A stretch of DNA of 64,000 bases from Promethearchaeota archaeon (GTDB lineage: Archaea > Asgardarchaeota > Lokiarchaeia > Sigyniarchaeales > SOKP01), in NCBI GenBank assembly GCA_019894975.1, contig JAGXNO010000005.1, forward strand, positions 32,001 through 96,000. The letters run 5' to 3'. Positions 50,369 to 59,081 of the stretch are shown here, piece by piece. The position numbers were made by a program, and so were the translations under genes. The notes under the pieces are model-generated. The model was given only the letters and a program-made list of their open reading frames with translations. It was not told where the DNA came from and searched no databases. Every line of letters begins with the position of its first letter. The first letter of the stretch is position 1.

Positions 50369-51409
50369 ATGTCTTTTATAAATGGTCTTAAGATCTTCAT
50401 TAAAAAACCTATTTATGTATTGATTATGGGTTTGTTTATCGCAGCTTGGGTTTTAATATTATTTGGTTATACTATTTTTACGGTTCAAGGATATTATCTA
50501 TTTCTTTTCTTCTTTATTGGTATTTTAATGGGATTTACACTCCTCTTATTTTTTATTTCTTTCTTTAAACAAATTGAAAATATGAGTTATGTTTATATTA
50601 TCATCATATTTTTTGTTTCAATACCACTTATCATAATTTTTAAAGGTGTTCTTAAATCTTTATACTTCCCTCTTTTAATTGGAAATCAATTGCTTACAGC
50701 GTTTTTTGCTTTTAAATTATGTATGGATTCATCAATAAAAGTCGATAACTTTTTCTACAATGACGAAAAATCAAGAGGATTCACTAGACCGATAGAATTT
50801 ATAATATTTGGAATAATTGCTTTATCAGGTTTTATCTTGACATGGAATGTAATGCGTAGGTTAACTCCAGGTGCAGCACTAAGAAGTGCAAATGTCTTTA
50901 GAATTATATTTTGGATTGATTTTATATTAATAATTATTGTATTAGTGAGAGTATTGATTACAAAGAGATTAGCAGCATATGTGACTTTATTTTTCCTATT
51001 AACTTTTTTCTATATTCTCTATATTTTTATAGACATTATTGCGGGTATTTTATTCCCAGATACATTAAGCTTTGCATGGTATTTCTTTATATTTGACCTC
51101 GTTTTATTCATTTATATTATCGGTTCAATATTCGATAAGGTGGAATATTTAGAAACAAAATTCAAGATACTAACAGCTGAAACCATATCTTTGTTAGTAA
51201 TTTTATTGAAATTAATTGCCCAATTTTTCAAAATTATTCCAGAGATCCCCGGATTAAGAGTTGGTATTGATTATGTAAGGCTACAATTTGGATTACAAAT
51301 ATTTCTATTATGGATGTTCATAATTTTTATCCTAATTTTTGGGATACATTCAATAGTTATGCATAAAGAAGGGGAAATTGACACCTCTGATATGGATGAC
51401 AACTCATAA
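50369..51409 (+). CDS. Uncharacterised multi-pass membrane protein (~10 TM)
   Basis: Strongly hydrophobic; AGGAG upstream. Confidence 0.75.
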   Translation: MSFINGLKIFIKKPIYVLIMGLFIAAWVLILFGYTIFTVQGYYLFLFFFIGILMGFTLLLFFISFFKQIENMSYVYIIIIFFVSIPLIIIFKGVLKSLYFPLLIGNQLLTAFFAFKLCMDSSIKVDNFFYNDEKSRGFTRPIEFIIFGIIALSGFILTWNVMRRLTPGAALRSANVFRIIFWIDFILIIIVLVRVLITKRLAAYVTLFFLLTFFYILYIFIDIIAGILFPDTLSFAWYFFIFDLVLFIYIIGSIFDKVEYLETKFKILTAETISLLVILLKLIAQFFKIIPEIPGLRVGIDYVRLQFGLQIFLLWMFIIFILIFGIHSIVMHKEGEIDTSDMDDNS

Positions 51410-51480
51410 ATTATAGCATAATGATTTTTTAAATAAATTTAATTTATAATATTTGGAGTAAATTAGTATAATTCTTTATT

Positions 51481-51771
51481 ATGGCTAAAACAGAAAAAGG
51501 AATCAAAACGGGATTAGAGAAAATAATAGAATATTTCAATTCTAATCTTGAAGAGAACCACCCTATAGCAATTGCGAAAGTTGTGGAAGACACGGGCTTC
51601 TCTTGGAGTTTTATCAAAAAAACTTTGGCCAAGATAAAAGAAAATTATGATGGATTTCATTTTGAAAAGTCAGGAAATACTTGGATTACATGGAAAGACC
51701 GAGACCACATAATTAAGAAGTTAGATGAAACATGTTCTCGCTTATTAGAAGATTCTGATGATGAATGTTAG
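51481..51771 (+). CDS. Small putative winged-helix DNA-binding protein
   Basis: HTH-like IAKVVEDTGFSWSFIKKTL followed by a beta-hairpin FEKSGNTWITW. Confidence 0.6.
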   Translation: MAKTEKGIKTGLEKIIEYFNSNLEENHPIAIAKVVEDTGFSWSFIKKTLAKIKENYDGFHFEKSGNTWITWKDRDHIIKKLDETCSRLLEDSDDEC

Positions 51772-51918
51772 TATTTTATAAGAAATTATTAATTTAAATT
51801 CTTTTATACAAAGTCTCTTTCTCTTTTCTTTCACTCAATTTAATCCAATTTTCTTCTACAGGAGCATTTCAAAAAAAATAAAATAAATAATAAATATCTT
51901 AAAAATTTAGTTTTAGTA

Positions 51919-51940
51919 TTAGTGTGAATTTTCACACTAA
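51919..51940. promoter_or_regulatory. 22-bp inverted repeat TTAGTGTGAA-TT-TTCACACTAA abutting the start codon; probable operator
   Basis: Perfect 10-bp arms with a 2-nt spacer, read directly. Confidence 0.65.
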
Positions 51941-52912
51941 ATGGAAAATAATGTTTGGTTAAATCAAATGAAAATTGAAAAATCAAGCCAAGATCTCGAG
52001 AATGAAGTAATTTACTCTGGATTATGCATCCATTGTGGAAGTTGCAATGCATTTTGTCCACACATGGATTTTAACCAAGAAACTGGAGAAGCTTATGTGG
52101 TGGATGAATGTGCTGAAACGGTAGGACTTTGTTATAATGCATGTCCAAGAAGTTTTTTACCAATATCGGAAATTGAGCAAAAATTATTTGGAAAAACTCG
52201 TATTGATTTATCAGTAGGAGTTTATAATGACATAGTCCAAGTAAAATCCGGCAGCAAAGATGATATTTTATATAATCTTACTTTAGCCGCCTTTGAATCA
52301 GGAGTAGTTAAGCATATGGTCTTAAGTGAACCAAAAAGTAAAAAACCACCTGTAGCATTTCCTGTTGTAGTAGATAGTGCAAAAGATGCCAAGAAGTACA
52401 TACCTAAAGCAACCATGGATAATGCAGGACCTCTAATTACAGGTATTGGTCAAGCTTATAAGGATTACAAACGTGATATCGGAATAATTGCAAATCCATG
52501 TCATTTACAAGGATTAGCTAAAATTCTTACTAGTGATTTCAATACTGGAGCAGAGAGAACGTCATTAACTATCGCTTTTGCTTGTTCCTCAGGTGGAATG
52601 ACAGGTTGTAAATATTGTACCGACTTTTCTGGTGAATTTTCTGATATTTCCTATTCACCGTGGGGTGCTCCTAAAGGTTCTGGCGAAGCTTTTCTAATAA
52701 TTCGAACTGAAGCTGGTCAAAAAGTTGTCGATGCTGCTGTGAAGAAGAAATTAATCGAAATTACTGACCCAAATCCAGATTTATCAGAAATGAAGAAATT
52801 TCTCAACAAGAAACGCAAAAAGAATTTCTTAACTCTTCTTGGAAAAGATTTAATCACCGCAAAATATTTAGATCTTAGCATCGATGAGTTAAAAGATATT
52901 CTTGAAGAATAA
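51941..52912 (+). CDS. FrhB/FdhB-family (F420 hydrogenase/dehydrogenase beta subunit-like) Fe-S protein, internally shortened
   Basis: CIHCGSCNAFCP, LCYNACPR, NPCH, GCKYCTDFSGEFSDIS, IRTEAG. Confidence 0.8.
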   Translation: MENNVWLNQMKIEKSSQDLENEVIYSGLCIHCGSCNAFCPHMDFNQETGEAYVVDECAETVGLCYNACPRSFLPISEIEQKLFGKTRIDLSVGVYNDIVQVKSGSKDDILYNLTLAAFESGVVKHMVLSEPKSKKPPVAFPVVVDSAKDAKKYIPKATMDNAGPLITGIGQAYKDYKRDIGIIANPCHLQGLAKILTSDFNTGAERTSLTIAFACSSGGMTGCKYCTDFSGEFSDISYSPWGAPKGSGEAFLIIRTEAGQKVVDAAVKKKLIEITDPNPDLSEMKKFLNKKRKKNFLTLLGKDLITAKYLDLSIDELKDILEE

Positions 52913-52936
52913 ACTATTTTTTATTTCTATTTCTTT

Positions 52937-53491
52937 TTACTTTTCTTTTTCAGCTTTTTGTTTTTCAAGAATTAGACGAGTTAAAGTTTCAAAAATTAGT
53001 CTGTTATTTTCACCACTTTTAGATGATGTTTCAAAAAAATAATCCAATTTAAATTTCTCTTTGAATTCTTCTGCTTGTTCTGTCTCTACACTTCTCCGTA
53101 CGTCAGCCAAGTCAAGCTTTTCTCCAACTAGGATAAAAGCAGGATTACTAGCATTTTCGTTAACAATATCATACCATTCAGTTAAACTATCAAAACTAGT
53201 ACGTCTTGTAATGTCATAACAAATAATACATCCACGCGCTCCTCTGGCATAATTCGGTAAGAAGAGCCGAAAACGTCTTTCACCCGCAAAATCCCAGATT
53301 TGTAATCTGCTGGGAGTATCGTCTACATCAACATCATAAGTCGCTAGATCGGTTCCAATAGTGATTTTCTGTGGAATAAACTGTCCTGTTGTTAATCTTT
53401 GAACCATTGTAGATTTACCCACACCCCCATCACCAACTATAACAACTTTGAAAAGCATTTTTTGCGTAGACATTATCCAGTTCTTACTCAA
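52937..53491 (-). CDS. Rab/Ras-like small GTPase (start possibly ATG 53473)
   Basis: FKVVIVGDGGVGKS, TIG.D, LQIWDFAG, YDIT...SF, EKLD, ETSSK. Confidence 0.92.
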   Translation of the reverse strand: MSKNWIMSTQKMLFKVVIVGDGGVGKSTMVQRLTTGQFIPQKITIGTDLATYDVDVDDTPSRLQIWDFAGERRFRLFLPNYARGARGCIICYDITRRTSFDSLTEWYDIVNENASNPAFILVGEKLDLADVRRSVETEQAEEFKEKFKLDYFFETSSKSGENNRLIFETLTRLILEKQKAEKEK

Positions 53492-53537
53492 GTTAAAAGA
53501 GTATTAATATTAATATGTACAAGGGTTTTATAAATTT

Positions 53538-54413
53538 TTATTCAATATTTAATTGATTTCTTATTTTATTATTGAGAACTTTAAGATTTTCAAGAATAAC
53601 CATTTGAGTATCCTTGGGCAATGGTTTAAGAACATTATCTAAATCTTTTTTATTAAAAAGATTAACCTCCCGATTATTAAAAAATAAGGAAATTCCAGCA
53701 GTAGCTGGCGAAATTATGAAAATTAGATATAGTAAAAAAGAAACAACTAATGGATCTGAACCCGCACTTCCAGTTCCAGGCAGATTTAGTTGAACCCCAA
53801 GAAGAGGATCTTGATCTAAAGTGAGGATTAAAATAGAATTTACAATGTTTAAGACAAGAAATATTAACAAATTGGTAATTAAAATTAATTTAAAATGTTT
53901 AATTTTTAGATAGGAAATCACAGATTCATGATCTTTAATAGGTTTTTTATCATTTCCACCGAAAATGATTTCTAATTTAGTATTTTCCCATAGATCAATG
54001 AAGATCCAAAAAAATCCAAAGGTATATAAAAAAATAAACAACCAGTTAAAATAAGGGAAATATCTATCTATTATATGGGGATTATAAAGAGATTCCGCGC
54101 CTAACCAGAAAATTAGAATCAGTTGAAAGAGCGCAGAGAAAAATAATCGATTAGCATGCCTTTTTTCTAATCCGAGCGGATTATATACAACAGAAGGATT
54201 GTCAAATTTGGTTCTCCATTTGTTTATATTAATAATTCTAAAAAATATTGAAAATCCTAATGTTATAAGCGGAAATAGTAAGAGGGTGATATTCTCCCAT
54301 ACTTGAGTAATTACTAATAGAAACAGAAAACTAAATATAACTATATCCCGAATTACAGTTTCATTAATAAGATCTCTTATTGTTAGATAAAACTTATCAC
54401 TATCTTCACTCAT
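53538..54413 (-). CDS. Uncharacterised membrane protein (~6 TM)
   Basis: Hydrophobic helices; no motif recognised. Confidence 0.72.
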   Translation of the reverse strand: MSEDSDKFYLTIRDLINETVIRDIVIFSFLFLLVITQVWENITLLLFPLITLGFSIFFRIININKWRTKFDNPSVVYNPLGLEKRHANRLFFSALFQLILIFWLGAESLYNPHIIDRYFPYFNWLFIFLYTFGFFWIFIDLWENTKLEIIFGGNDKKPIKDHESVISYLKIKHFKLILITNLLIFLVLNIVNSILILTLDQDPLLGVQLNLPGTGSAGSDPLVVSFLLYLIFIISPATAGISLFFNNREVNLFNKKDLDNVLKPLPKDTQMVILENLKVLNNKIRNQLNIE

Positions 54414-54616
54414 TTTTTAATTAAAAGCAATCTTAATAATTAAACTTTTATGATTATATGTTTTGAATGATCTACTCCTTGCTATTAAGTAAATCAGAAT
54501 TAGGTTAACCTATACTTATCTCTTGTTCTTAACACTAAAAATTTAAATTTCTCACACTATTTTATTCTACAACATACCTCTTGCACATTTAATCGTGTTA
54601 AGATGGTGTAGAAAAA

Positions 54617-55714
54617 GTGAAAAGTGAAAAACTCAAAGGTAAAAAAACACCCCTTTACGATATTCATCGTAAACTCGGTGGTCGCATGGTAGAATTTTCT
54701 GGATGGTTAATGCCCGTTCAATATGAGAGTATTATTAAGGAACATGAAGCTGTTCGGTCTAATGCGGGAATATTTGATGTATCACACATGGGTGAATTTT
54801 TGCTTAAAGGCAGGGATATAATCTCGTTTCTCCAATATATCATGATAAACGATTTAAAACTATTGGAGCTATCAAAGGGTCAATATTCTTGCATGTGTTA
54901 CAAAAATGGGACCGTGGTTGATGATTTAATGTATTATGAAGAGAAGGAAGATCTCTTTAGAATGATCGTCAATGCTGGAAATATTGAGAAGGATTTTCAA
55001 TGGCTAAATCAGCATATTATGGAACAAGATGTGAAAGTTCAAAATCTTTCTTCCGAACGTGGGCGTTTAGCATTTCAAGGGCCTAAAACTGATGATCTTC
55101 TCCAACCCCTTGTGGATATTGAATTATCTAATATTAAAAGATTCTATTTTAGGCATTGTAATCTTAATAATATCCCAATATTTATAGCTAGAACGGGTTA
55201 TACTGGAGAAAAAGGGTTTGAAATTTCGTTTGATATTAGTTATTCAGAAGAAATTTGGGATAGTTTGGTGAGCACTGGAGCAAAACCTGCTGGTTTAGGA
55301 GCAAGAGATTCGTTAAGGTTAGAAGCGTGTTATTCTTTATATGGCCATGAAATAAATGATTCAATAACTCCAATTGAAGCAGGATTAAGTTGGTTAGTAA
55401 AACCTAAGGAAGGTATAGATTATATTGGTAAAGAAATTCTTATGAAACAGAAATCTAAGGGCACAAAAAGAATTCTAGTTGGTCTCGATTTAATAGATAA
55501 GGGAATTATTAGAGAAAATTATAATATTTTCAAAGATGGAGAAGAGATTGGATATGTAACATCTGGAGGTTTTTCACCTACCCTCAAAAAAACAATTGGC
55601 CTTGGATTGGTAAAAACACAACATAAAAATGTTGGAACTGAAATAGAAATCGAGATCCGAGGAAAATTTTTAAAGGGGAAAATTGTTGAGACACCATTTT
55701 ATCGGAATGTATAA
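54617..55714 (+). CDS. gcvT: Glycine cleavage system aminomethyltransferase T
   Basis: TPLY..H, GW.MPVQY, FDVSHMG, ARTGYTGEKGFE, GLGARDSLRLEA. Confidence 0.96.
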   Translation: MKSEKLKGKKTPLYDIHRKLGGRMVEFSGWLMPVQYESIIKEHEAVRSNAGIFDVSHMGEFLLKGRDIISFLQYIMINDLKLLELSKGQYSCMCYKNGTVVDDLMYYEEKEDLFRMIVNAGNIEKDFQWLNQHIMEQDVKVQNLSSERGRLAFQGPKTDDLLQPLVDIELSNIKRFYFRHCNLNNIPIFIARTGYTGEKGFEISFDISYSEEIWDSLVSTGAKPAGLGARDSLRLEACYSLYGHEINDSITPIEAGLSWLVKPKEGIDYIGKEILMKQKSKGTKRILVGLDLIDKGIIRENYNIFKDGEEIGYVTSGGFSPTLKKTIGLGLVKTQHKNVGTEIEIEIRGKFLKGKIVETPFYRNV

Positions 55715-55748
55715 GTGAGAAAATATCTAAGAGAAAAAGTGAAATATA

Positions 55749-56144
55749 ATGAGTTATAAATTTCCTAGTGATATAAATTATACAATGACTCATGAGTGGG
55801 TAGAGCTTCAGAATAGTATTGCTACAGTTGGTATAACGGATTATGCCCAGCATCAATTGGGAGATATTGTTTTTGTGGAACTTCCCGAAATAGGGATGGT
55901 ATTAGAGAAAGAAAGTCATGCTGGTGAAATAGAGTCAGTAAAAGCTGTAGGGGATATAATAATGCCATTATCAGGAGAAATCGTTGAGGTAAATGAAAAA
56001 CTTGCTGAAAACCCAGAGCTTGTTAATTCATCTCCCTTTGGGGACGGTTGGATGATAAAGATTAATATTTCACATGCAAGTGAAATTGATGAACTTATAT
56101 CTGTAGAAAAATATAAAGAATTTGTTAAATCAGAAGAACAATAA
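55749..56144 (+). CDS. gcvH: Glycine cleavage system H protein
   Basis: THEW, GITDYAQ..LGDIVFV, lipoyl-Lys in ESVKA, N.SP...GW. Confidence 0.96.
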   Translation: MSYKFPSDINYTMTHEWVELQNSIATVGITDYAQHQLGDIVFVELPEIGMVLEKESHAGEIESVKAVGDIIMPLSGEIVEVNEKLAENPELVNSSPFGDGWMIKINISHASEIDELISVEKYKEFVKSEEQ

Positions 56145-56202
56145 TATTTTTTTTTCTTTATTTGTTAATTGTTGTTATTATAAACTTGAGTTGAGAAATT
56201 AA

Positions 56203-57546
56203 GTGGATTTTGTACCTCATGATAAAAAAACTATAGCTGAAATGTTAAGCGTAATTGGGGTAAATGATATAGATGAATTATTCCAGGATATCCCTAATGA
56301 TTTGATAAAAGAAAAATTAAATCTACCCCAAGGATTATCTGAACCTGATCTTCTTAGACACATGGAAAAAATTTCAAAACGTAATAAAACCTATTCTAGT
56401 GCTTTCATTGGCGCTGGATGTTACTTTCATTATATCCCCTCTGTTGTTAATTTTGTTATCTCTAGATCTGAGTTCTATACCTCTTATACTCCTTATCAAG
56501 CTGAAGCTAGTCAGGGATATTTACAAGCTATTTATGAATACCAAACGATAATATCAAAACTTACTCAAATGGATATAGCTAATGCTAGTATGTATGATGG
56601 CTCTACCGCTCTTGCTGAAGCTGCTATTATGGCAACATTAATTACAAACAAACAAACCATTTTAATGCTGGAAGGAATTCACCCTGAATATGTTGAGGTT
56701 GTTAAAACTTATTGTTGGGGTCAAGATATTGCTTTTGAAGAAGTGTCTGAAGATAAAATAATGAAACGATTAAATGAAAACGTGGCAGCATTTCTATTCC
56801 AGAGTCCTAATTTCTTTGGAGATGTTGAAGACGTATCAGATTTAGTAGAAAAAGTCAGAAAAAAAGCACCAAATTGTTTGCTTATCCAAGCAATGACTGA
56901 TCCCACTTGCCTTGGAGTTATTAATCCACCAGGATTGACAGATGTTGATATCTTTGTAGCAGAAGGACAATCTTTTGGTATAAGTCCATCATTCGGGGGA
57001 CCAGGATTAGGAATCTTTACCGCTAAAAAGAAATTCTTAAGAAAAATACCCGGAAGGTTAATTGGAAAAACCAAAGAGATTAACGGGACACGAGAAGGAT
57101 TCATCTTAACCTTACAAGCTCGGGAACAACACATTCGACGTGAAAAAGCTAGTTCAAATATATGCACAAATCAAGCACTATGCTCACTTGCCGCGTTAGT
57201 GTATTTACTATCAATGGGAAAAACTGGCCTAAAAGAGATTGCATCTCAAAATTTTCAAAAAGCTCATTATCTTAAATCTGAATTGAGTAAAATTCCGGGT
57301 TATAAAATCTTAAATACTAAACCCACATACAATGAATTTTTACTTAGTTGTCTTAATGTTGATTTACTTATTTATCAATGTAAGCAAAGAAACTTACTTC
57401 CGCCTCTTAATATATCAAAATACTATCCCAAAATGAAAAATATTGCTTTAGTGTGCGTAACTGAAATGAATTCTAGAGAATCAATTGAAAATTTTTTACA
57501 AGCAGCTCAAGAAGCAATAACTAATACAAAGGAGGGAGAAAAGTAA
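56203..57546 (+). CDS. gcvPA: Glycine dehydrogenase (decarboxylating) subunit 1
   Basis: YTPYQAEASQG.LQ, NASMYDG, REQHIRREKASSNICTNQ. Confidence 0.96.
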   Translation: MDFVPHDKKTIAEMLSVIGVNDIDELFQDIPNDLIKEKLNLPQGLSEPDLLRHMEKISKRNKTYSSAFIGAGCYFHYIPSVVNFVISRSEFYTSYTPYQAEASQGYLQAIYEYQTIISKLTQMDIANASMYDGSTALAEAAIMATLITNKQTILMLEGIHPEYVEVVKTYCWGQDIAFEEVSEDKIMKRLNENVAAFLFQSPNFFGDVEDVSDLVEKVRKKAPNCLLIQAMTDPTCLGVINPPGLTDVDIFVAEGQSFGISPSFGGPGLGIFTAKKKFLRKIPGRLIGKTKEINGTREGFILTLQAREQHIRREKASSNICTNQALCSLAALVYLLSMGKTGLKEIASQNFQKAHYLKSELSKIPGYKILNTKPTYNEFLLSCLNVDLLIYQCKQRNLLPPLNISKYYPKMKNIALVCVTEMNSRESIENFLQAAQEAITNTKEGEK

Positions 57547-58982
57547 TGACATCTAATATAAAATTAATCTTTGAAAAAGGAATCGAGGAAGAGCTATATA
57601 ATTATGTTCCAAAAATGGATATTGACAGTACAGATCTAAATGAAATTATTCCCAAATCTCTTCAAAGAAATGATATATCTATTCCAAATGTTCCAGAAAT
57701 TGAAATTGTTCGTCATTTCGTGAATTTAAGTAATAAAAACTATGGTGTAGATACGGGGATTTATCCATTAGGCTCATGTACGATGAAATATAACCCAAAA
57801 ATTAGTGAAACTATTGAAAGAATGCCGGGATACAGTCAAATTCATCCTTTACAAGATGAAAATCAAGGCTCCATCGAAGTATTGCATAATATATCAAAAT
57901 TGTTAGGAGAAATAACGGGAATGGACGGATTTACTCTTCAACCCGCCGCAGGTGCTCATGGAGAATTAGTAGGATTATTAATTATGAAAAAGTATTTTGA
58001 AGATAAGGGAATTATTAAAGATAAAATAATTATCCCTGATTCCGCTCACGGGACTAATCCTGCATCAGCAAGAATGGCGGGTTTTTCGATCATCGAACTA
58101 AAATCAAATGACCAAGGAGAAGTTCCAATTGACCATTTAGAATATGCTATGAAGGATGGTGATGTTGCGGGAATAATGTTAACAAATCCTAATACTCTTG
58201 GTGTTTTTGACAGACAAATTAAGGTTATTACTAAGGTTGTTCACGATAATGGGGGTTTATGCTATTATGACGGAGCAAATCTAAATCCAATGTTAGGCAT
58301 ATGTCGTCCTAGAGATATGGGATTTGATATTGTGCATCTTAATTTACATAAAACGTTCGCAACACCTCATGGAGGTGGTGGTCCAGGATCAGGTCCCATT
58401 GGTGTAATAAATGACCTAAGTCCATATCTTCCTGAACCATGTATTATTTCTACTGAAAATGGTTTGGTTTGTAGGCAGTCTAATAATAAATCAATTGGCC
58501 GAATTAAGGCTTTTTGGGGTAATTTTGGAATTATAGTTCGAGCTTACGCCTATATTTTAGCATTAGGATCTGAAGGTCTAAAAAGAGTAGGTCAAATGGC
58601 TGTTTTAAATGCCAATTATCTACGAGTATTATTAAAGAAGAAATATTTCCTACCCTTTAATCGAATCTGTCAACATGAGTTTATAATTTCTGACCGAAAT
58701 ATGCCTAATAACGTTACAACTGAAGATATTGCTAAAAGAATTCTCGACTTTGGAATATATGCTCCCACTATTTATTTTCCTCTCGTTGTACAAGGAGCCA
58801 TAATGATTGAACCTACTGAGACTGAGTCAAAAGTTTCATTAGATTATTTCGTTGAAATAATGGAAAAAATCTATAATGAAGCTGAATCTGATCCTGAAAA
58901 AGTAAGAAATTCACCTCACAATACTCCAATAAAACGCTTAGATGCAGTTATTGCTGCTAGAAAGCCTGTATTACATGATTAA
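57546..58982 (+). CDS. gcvPB: Glycine dehydrogenase (decarboxylating) subunit 2
   Basis: PLGSCTMKYNP, QPAAGAHGE, SAHGTNPASA, NLHKTF.TPHGGGGPG, IEPTETES. Confidence 0.96.
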   Translation: MTSNIKLIFEKGIEEELYNYVPKMDIDSTDLNEIIPKSLQRNDISIPNVPEIEIVRHFVNLSNKNYGVDTGIYPLGSCTMKYNPKISETIERMPGYSQIHPLQDENQGSIEVLHNISKLLGEITGMDGFTLQPAAGAHGELVGLLIMKKYFEDKGIIKDKIIIPDSAHGTNPASARMAGFSIIELKSNDQGEVPIDHLEYAMKDGDVAGIMLTNPNTLGVFDRQIKVITKVVHDNGGLCYYDGANLNPMLGICRPRDMGFDIVHLNLHKTFATPHGGGGPGSGPIGVINDLSPYLPEPCIISTENGLVCRQSNNKSIGRIKAFWGNFGIIVRAYAYILALGSEGLKRVGQMAVLNANYLRVLLKKKYFLPFNRICQHEFIISDRNMPNNVTTEDIAKRILDFGIYAPTIYFPLVVQGAIMIEPTETESKVSLDYFVEIMEKIYNEAESDPEKVRNSPHNTPIKRLDAVIAARKPVLHD

Positions 58983-59081
58983 TATCAACAATTAATAAAA
59001 TTGTAATACTCTTTGGCAATATAAAAAATAAAAAAACTAATTTTTATAAGACTTAGTTAATCAGAATGTTGGTGTACAAAA

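Noticed and set aside
54414-54616. Canonical glycine riboswitch upstream of gcvT
   Set aside because: The conserved purine-rich aptamer motifs are absent and the region is very AT-rich
1492-57167. Short ORFs from the track overlapping longer genes (e.g. 1492..1812, 4835..5344, 9635..9979, 18416..18835, 36866..37162, 40137..40457, 56721..57167)
   Set aside because: They lie antisense to well-supported genes and carry no recognisable motifs; treated as shadow ORFs
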